Assembly (NCBI RefSeq): GCF_018420025.1
Contig: NZ_JAEDAM010000021.1
Location: forward strand, 1 to 14,505
Length of the DNA stretch: 14,505 nucleotides
From: Candidatus Vampirococcus lugosii
GTDB lineage: Bacteria; Patescibacteriota; Gracilibacteria; Absconditabacterales; Absconditicoccaceae
Direction: 5' to 3'
Each line of letters opens with the position of its first letter. The stretch's first letter is position 1. The notes under the pieces were generated by a model. The model was not told the origin of the DNA. It saw only the letters and a list, made by a program, of their open reading frames with translations, and did no database searches. Of the stretch, positions 8,917-14,505 are shown piece by piece. Position numbers and translations under genes: made by a program.

Positions 8917-11484
8917 TTATTCTTTGATACCTGAATATTCTATTAAAAATTTGGATATATCTCTATTTATAAATCAAGCTGTACTTCCTCATCGTTCTGA
9001 TTGTCTAGGACGACGAACTTGAGTAATTATAACATATCTTGGATCTTTGGCAGTAGTAACTCATGCAAAACCTCATATAGTCCATCATGCACCAGATTGA
9101 TAGGATCATTGAAAAGCAATTTGAGAAGTTCATGATTTTCATCATACACTATAAAAAGGAATTCAAACCATACTTCATAAATGTTGTTCATCTTCCATAT
9201 CTAATATATCTCACATAGCTTTTAACATTTTTTCAGAAGTTTCTTGAGAGAATATTTTATGCCCCAATTTAGGTTCAAAATAAGTATATTTATCTGTTTC
9301 TCTATTATATATTTTATCTAATATTGTAGGTCTAACACTATATCATCAATTAATCATTGTAGAATATGCACTAGCTAATTGAATTGGAGTTATTAATAAT
9401 CATTGTCCAAAACTATTATTGAAGAATCTAGCCATAGAAAAATCTTCTAAACCAGTAACTCTACCAGATTCTTCACCTGCAAGTTCAATTCAAGTAAGTT
9501 TACCAAATCAGAGTTTATCCAAATAAGAATAAAAAACATACCTTGTAGTTTTTTGAACTATTCTTACCATTCACACATTACAAGACCAATCAAGTGCATT
9601 AAGAAAAGTTTTATATCATTCACATTGAGATTGAACATTACTTATAGTATAAGGTCAAATTTCAACACTTCATTCATCTTCATAACGATCATCAAGCTCA
9701 ATTTCATCAGAATCAAGTCAAATTGCTGTAGTAACAGATTTAAAAGTACTACCAGGTTCAGAAGGATAAGCTATATTTCTATCTATAAATACTTGTGGTC
9801 ATAATTTATTTGTAAAAACATATTTTTTTAAAGTTAAATCTTTCCTTTCAGAATAAGTTGTCATTCTCAAATCTCAATCATCATTTAACAAAACAGGAAT
9901 ATCAATATATTGATCATCATCTACAATATCTCTTTGATCATAAGATAATGGCTCAATGTTGTAATAATCAGAATAAGAATTTGGATCATAATTTGGATAA
10001 TTTACAGATGCTTTTATTTTACCAGTATGAGGATCCATAACCAAAACTGATATAGTATCAGGAACTAATACATTATAATATGTTTTTACAATTCTTTCTA
10101 CATTTTCTTGTATAGTAGGATCTATTGTAAGATATACATCAGAACCATTAATAGGATTTTTTATTTCAAAATTATTTGAACCAACAATTCATATCCATGG
10201 TACAGATACTCAAACCATTTGTCAATCTATTCATTTAAGGATATCATCAAAATATTCTTCTACTCAATAAAATCATTTTCATTCATTATTTATATATCAC
10301 AAAATATGAGACATAAAAGATCAATAAGGATAATATCTTTTTTGACTTTTTTCATAACCTAATCAATGCAATAAAGGTACAGAATCTATTGTTTCAGTAA
10401 AATATTTTTCTTTAAGATCATTTATTTTTTGAATAATTTGACCTGACACATTATCTGCTATTCTTACATATCTTATTTCTCTTTCTTGTAAGCTTTTGAC
10501 AATTACTTCTTGAGTATAATTATATCAATGTTTATTAAATAAATCTAAAATTTCCCTACTAGTACTATTAATATTATTTACTTTAGTAGGAATGAAATAA
10601 AGATAATTTCAAACTATAGAAATATAATCTTTATCCAAATTTTCAAGTTTATTAAGAAAATTATTATTATCAAAATATCAAAAATAATTTGCTTTTCTAA
10701 TTCAAGGTTTGGTAATATCAGATAATTTTTCTGATATAAGCTCATATGCATCATCTTGAGAAAAATCATCAATAGCTTCTTGAGTTTTTAAATCAAAAGA
10801 TTGTTGATCAAGAAAAATTTCTTGAGAATCTCAAGTTAAGAAAAAAGTTTTTTCTTCTTGTGGCAATATTTTAACTCAAGAAAAATCTTCTATATTTCTT
10901 ATACATGTAATTTCATCTGGAACTTCAAGTCCAAATTGTTCACAAAAATGTTCATATAAAACTGGTGTTATTTTTTCTACAAATCATTCTCTATCATTAA
11001 TAAATCATGGATCAGCAAATATAGTATATATATTAATATTTTCAGTAAGTTTTCTTTCATTTCAAGAGTTATCAGTTACAAAAATATTTCATCTTTTAGC
11101 AGTCAAAGTAGTATTACTAGCATGTTGAGTAAATAATTTTTTTTGATATTCTTTTGCATTTACAACTTGTAAATAAAATAATCTACCAAAAATAATCATA
11201 AATAAAAAAACAAAAAATCAAATTATTTTTATTTCTTTACTTGAATTTTGTAAAATATTTACATATTTATTTGATTTAGTTCTTTTTCAAAATCTTGATC
11301 TAATTTTTTCATAATAAAATGTTAATTTTCTATATATTTTATCTTTCAAAATATTATCTTTTTTTCTTTTATTATTTTTTTTTCAAAATTTATAAACAAA
11401 ATTTTTGTAATACAAAAATACATTTTTTAATATTTTATTTTTCAAAATATTATCTTTTTTTCTTCTATTATTTTTTCTTTTCAT
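8917..11484 (-). CDS. class B penicillin-binding protein (PBP2/FtsI-type peptidoglycan D,D-transpeptidase), up to 855 aa; start uncertain
   Basis: TAA at 8919-8917. The TM anchor GFFVFLFMIIFGRLFYLQVV is followed by AKRGNIFVTDNSGN, RYYPYG and HILGY. Transpeptidase motifs are EPGSTFK (SxxK), DWSCN (SxN), FGQGLLITPIQLASAYS and GGKSGTSQ (KSG). The first in-frame ATG is at 11484, giving an 86-aa Lys-rich region before the TM helix. An alternative TTG lies at 11349. There is also a ~35-aa acidic insertion between NYPNYDPN and EPGSTFK relative to typical PBP2. Confidence 0.88.
11334..11380. repeat. direct repeat copy A (~47 nt) in the PBP 5' region
   Basis: TATATTTTATCTTTCAAAATATTATCTTTTTTTCTTTTATTATTTTTT matches 11430-11476 with 2 mismatches by my manual alignment. 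The offset is exactly 96 nt. Confidence 0.7.
11430..11476. repeat. direct repeat copy B (~47 nt) in the PBP 5' region
   Basis: Partner of 11334-11380. On the minus strand both copies read in the PBP frame as (K/R)RKKDNILK(D/N)KI. Confidence 0.7.
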
Positions 11485-11509
11485 ATACAAAAAAACTTAT
11501 TTATTTAAA

Positions 11510-13768
11510 TTATTTATTTGATTTTGGCAATGGTTTAGCATTTTTACAATCTGGATATTTATTACAAGCAAGAAAAGGTCATCTTTTACTTTTTTTTACC
11601 ATCATTTTTCATTCTCAACATTTATCACAAGTTTCACCTCAATATTTTTCTTCAAGTTTTTCTATTTTTTCATCAGGTATTTTTCATATCCATTTAACTT
11701 CTGGGTATTCACTACTTGCCAAAAAAGGTCAAAATCTTCAAATTTTTACAACTATTGTTCATCATTCAGGACAAGGTTTTCATTCAAATTTTTCTTTTAA
11801 TGAATCAAGTTTTGATTTTTCTTCTTCAGATTGTCTTATATATTTACAATCTGGATAATTACTACATCAAATAAATTTTCACATTTTTGAAAATTTATAT
11901 ACTAATTCATTTCAACATTCAGGGCATTTTTCTCATACAATCATTTGTTCAGCTTCAGCATTATCAGCATTTTTTAATTCTTTTTCAAATTTTGTCCAAA
12001 AATCTTTCATCAATTTTTTCCAATCTTTTTCTCAATGAGAAACTTTATCCAAATCTTTTTCCATTTTGGCAGTAAATTTGTAGTCCATAAGATTTCAAAA
12101 TTGTTTTTCCAAAAATTTATTTACAACAAAAGCTATCTCAGTAGGAAATAATTTTTTTGCTTCATCTTTATCAACATATCATCTATCAATAATAGTTCAT
12201 ATTGTTGGTGCATAAGTTGATGGTCTACCAATTCATAATTCTTCCATTTTTTTTACTAAAGAACTTTCTGTATATCTACTTGGTGGTTTAGTAAATTGTT
12301 GGTAAGCAGATATTAATTTTGAATTTAATGTTTTTCATTTATTCAAAGATGGCAAAATTTCTTCATTACTAGGATAAGATCATAAAAAATCTTTATATAT
12401 TCTATAAAATCAATCAAAATAAATTGTTTGTCATTTAGATAACCAAATTTGATCTTTATCTTTTTCAGGACTAAACTCATAAGTAATATTTTCAGCAATA
12501 GCTTCACTCATTTGACTTGCTATAGTTCTAATCCATATCAATTGATAAAGCATTTTTTCTTTACTAGCAAGAGATGTTTCATCAGGTGATTTTTTTATAT
12601 TTGTAGGTCTTATAGCTTCATGAGCTTCTTGAGCAGAAGATCATTTAGTTTTGAATTGTCTAGTTTTTACATAATTTTCTCAATATTTATCTTGTATAAA
12701 TCATTTACAAGCTCAAATTGCTTGTTTGGAAAGATTGCAACTATCAGTTCTCATATATGTAATATATCAATTTTCATATAATTTTTGTGCTACCATCATA
12801 ACTTGTTTTACTCACCATCAAAACTTATTTGAAGCTTGTTGTTGTAATGTAGAAGTTATAAATGGAGCTTGAGGATTCTTTTTTGATTTAGTTTTTTTAA
12901 TATTTATTAATTCAAAATCTATTCAAGATTTATAATTTAATACTTTATTTCATGTTTTTTTATCTTTACTTTCTTTAGGTTTTTTTAAATCTAAATTAGT
13001 TAAAGATTTATCAACATCTTTTTCATTTAATAATTTTATTTTTTTATTTTTAATTTTATCTAATTGAGCTATTAATCATTCTTGTCATTCAAAATCCGTA
13101 ACTATTTTCCAAGATTCTTCAGGTTCAAAAGATTTTATTTCATTTTCTTTTTCTATTACAAGTTTTACTGCAACGGATTGAACTCTTCATGCAGAAAGTC
13201 ATCTTTTTACTTTTTTCCACAATACTGGTGAGACTTTGAAACCAACTAATCTATCCAAAACTCTTCTTGCTTGTTGACTATTTACAAGATCTATATCAAC
13301 TTGTCTAGGATTGTCTATAGCATTTTGTAATGCATCTTTTGTAATTTCATGAAAAACAATTCTAGGAGTATCTTTCAATTTTAATTTAAGTGCCGTCAAT
13401 AAATGCCAAGCTATAGCTTCTCATTCACGATCTTCATCAGTTGCAAGCCATACTTTTTCATAATTTTTTGCTAATTTTTTTAGTTCTGTTACTGTTTTTT
13501 TCTTATCAGGCATAACTTCATAAGTAGTTTCAAAATTATTTTCTATATCAATACCAATTCATTTTTTTGGTAAATCTATAATATGTCCCATACTAGCAAC
13601 TATTTCATAATCATTTCACAAAAATTTTTTAATTGTTTTAGATTTTGCTGGAGACTCTACAATAACTAAATTTTTACCATAACTATTTGCAATTATTTTT
13701 TTCTTTGTTGTTTTGGTACTAGTTTTCTTTGTAGTTGTTTTATTATTTTTTTTGGTAGATTTTGGCAT
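11510..13768 (-). CDS. topA: DNA topoisomerase I (type IA), 752 aa
   Basis: ATG at 13768 and TAA at 11512-11510. Toprim region is [34 protein letters not shown] and ATDEDREGEAIAWH. WKKVKRGLSAGRVQSVAV has both Gly encoded by TGA. The active-site Tyr region is [19 protein letters not shown] is present. There are three C-terminal zinc-ribbon repeats (CPECG...CSNYPDC; a degenerate CPEGG...SSEYPEV; CDKCG...CNKYPDC). The N-terminal ~25 aa form a Lys/Thr-rich tail. Confidence 0.96.
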
Positions 13769-13808
13769 AAATAAAAATATTTATTTTAAATAAATTATAT
13801 AATAAATT

Positions 13809-13836
13809 GTTTATATTAGTTTATTTATTTTTTTCA
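13809..13836 (-). promoter_or_regulatory. candidate sigma70-like promoter for topA
   Basis: The minus strand reads TTGAAA (13836-13831), a 16-nt spacer, then TATAAA (13814-13809), about 40 nt upstream of the topA ATG. Such hexamers arise easily by chance in DNA this AT-rich. Confidence 0.25.
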
Positions 13837-13928
13837 AGAAAAAATTAAAGTAAAATATATAAAATATAAAATTATACTTAAAATTTTAATCTTCTACACT
13901 AGAAAAATAAAAAACAACAAAAGACAAC

Positions 13929-13956
13929 TTGAAAAAGATAAAAAAAATAATATAAT
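13929..13956 (+). promoter_or_regulatory. candidate sigma70-like promoter driving the mini-ORF/repeat/pilin region
   Basis: TTGAAA (13929-13934), a 16-nt spacer, then a perfect TATAAT (13951-13956), about 40 nt upstream of the ATGs at 13997 and 14005. AT-richness lowers the specificity of this call. Confidence 0.3.
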
Positions 13957-13996
13957 TTAAATGTTGGAAATTAATTAATATTTAATATTGAAAATT

Positions 13997-14125
13997 ATGA
14001 AAAAATGAGTAAATTTAGTTGTGAGTTGTGAGTTGTGAGTTGTGAGTTGTGAGTTGTGAGTTGTGAGTTGTAAATTAGATAGTTTATGTATAAATAATTT
14101 TTGAGTTAATAAAAAAACATGATAG
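13997..14125 (+). CDS. candidate leader mini-ORF (42 aa) spanning the heptanucleotide repeat; an alternative overlapping 22-aa ORF lies at 14005..14073
   Basis: ATG 13997 gives MKKGVNLVVSCELGVVSCELGVVSCKLDSLCINNFGVNKKTG, stopping at TAG 14123-14125 inside the left arm of the downstream hairpin. ATG 14005 gives MSKFSCELGVVSCELGVVSCEL, stopping at TAA 14071-14073. Both are open only because TGA is sense. I have no evidence of translation. Confidence 0.2.
14017..14071. repeat. heptanucleotide microsatellite (AGTTGTG)x7 plus a partial eighth unit
   Basis: Seven perfect tandem copies occupy 14017-14065 and a 6/7 copy occupies 14066-14071. The tract is conspicuously G-rich relative to its AT-rich surroundings. 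The unit length is not a multiple of 3. Confidence 0.97.
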
Positions 14126-14148
14126 ATTTTTTTCTATTGTGTTTTTTT
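14111..14148 (+). terminator. intrinsic-terminator-like hairpin (A-tract/stem/loop/stem/T-tract)
   Basis: AAAAAAACATGATAGA (14111-14126) pairs with TCTATTGTGTTTTTTT (14133-14148). That is 16 pairs including 2 G-U wobbles, with a 6-nt T loop. The core CATGATAGA/TCTATTGTG is followed by T7. It lies between the mini-ORFs and the pilin ATG. Confidence 0.5.
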
Positions 14149-14215
14149 ATTGATTTAAGAAAAAATCAATACAATATATTTTATATATATTAAATACAAT
14201 AAAAAATGAGAAACA

Positions 14216-14505
14216 ATAAATGATTTACATTAGTAGAAGTTGTGGTAACAGTGTGAATTATCGCAATATTGGCGGTAGTAGGATGAATTAGTATTAGTAT
14301 TTGGGTAAGTAAAGCAAGGGATGCACAAGTGGTAAACAATGTGCAGACTGTAGCATGAGGACTTGAAACTTATCATATTAAGAAATTTGAATTTCCTGAA
14401 CCAGATGGGAATGTTTTGACATGAAATTTGGAACAGTGAATGATATGATCTTGAGTGATGAAGAAATTATCAAGTTTTGTAAATGTAAAAAATTTATCAA
14501 ATTCT
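14216..14505 (+). CDS. type IV pilin / pseudopilin-like protein with a prepilin N-terminal cleavage-methylation motif (3' partial, runs off the window)
   Basis: ATG at 14216. MRNNKGFTLVEVVVTVGIIAILAVVGGISISIW is the canonical (K/R)GFTL(V/I)E signal followed by a hydrophobic helix. The invariant -1 Gly is encoded by TGA. The frame stays open to the window end. Confidence 0.8.

Noticed and set aside
11259-11312. ATG at 11312 (MKKLDQDFEKELNQINM*) as the PBP start
   Set aside because: It is out of frame with the PBP and terminates after 17 codons at a TAA. The PBP frame is continuously open upstream to the ATG at 11484.
11334-11476. CRISPR array or mobile-element terminal repeats
   Set aside because: There are only two copies, in direct orientation, AT-only and low-complexity. 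No cas genes or transposase are nearby, and the repeats lie within an open PBP reading frame.
1250-13768. Reading the short standard-code ORF fragments as a field of pseudogenes or a degraded locus
   Set aside because: Every interruption is a TGA, never TAA or TAG. These TGA codons sit on conserved glycines, and each gene becomes a full-length frame with all catalytic motifs under table 25.
1-14505. Mycoplasma-type code (table 4, TGA=Trp)
   Set aside because: TGA occupies invariant Gly positions: Walker A GxxxxGK, the prepilin -1 Gly, KSG-T, and DEDREGE. Trp would be incompatible at these positions, and genuine Trp positions use TGG.
6053-14505. A hidden hsdR (SF2 helicase) upstream of hsdM or elsewhere in the window
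   Set aside because: All sizeable frames are accounted for by other recognisable families. I saw no DEAD/DEAH-type helicase motifs in any frame.

Overview
This is a very AT-rich bacterial window that is only coherent if TGA is read as glycine (translation table 25, as in Gracilibacteria/BD1-5 and Absconditabacteria/SR1, both CPR lineages). In the standard code every gene breaks into the short ORFs of the supplied track. I re-translated by hand with TGA=Gly, so that TAA and TAG are the only stops. That gives ten co-oriented minus-strand genes with short gaps from 482 to 13768. In transcription order they are: topA; a PBP2/FtsI-class transpeptidase; a class I SAM methyltransferase; a CPBP (CAAX/Abi) intramembrane protease with a tightly coupled 95-aa ORF; a DUF1295-like membrane protein; a type I R-M module; and an unknown 2-TM protein. 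The R-M module is hsdM, an embedded AAA/ABC-type ATPase with a C-terminal R-x4-H (HEPN-like) tail, and hsdS. No hsdR is present in the window. The plus strand carries one small ORF (173-493). At the right end it carries a perfect 7-nt microsatellite (AGTTGTG x7.9) inside overlapping mini-ORFs, then a long hairpin terminator, then a 3'-truncated type IV pilin-like gene. I found no rRNA, tRNA, CRISPR array, transposase or integrase. The most interesting items are the hsdR-less hsdM/ATPase-HEPN-like/hsdS cassette and the heptanucleotide-repeat switch candidate upstream of the pilin. All coordinates come from manual translation. Homology statements are motif recognition from memory, not database searches.
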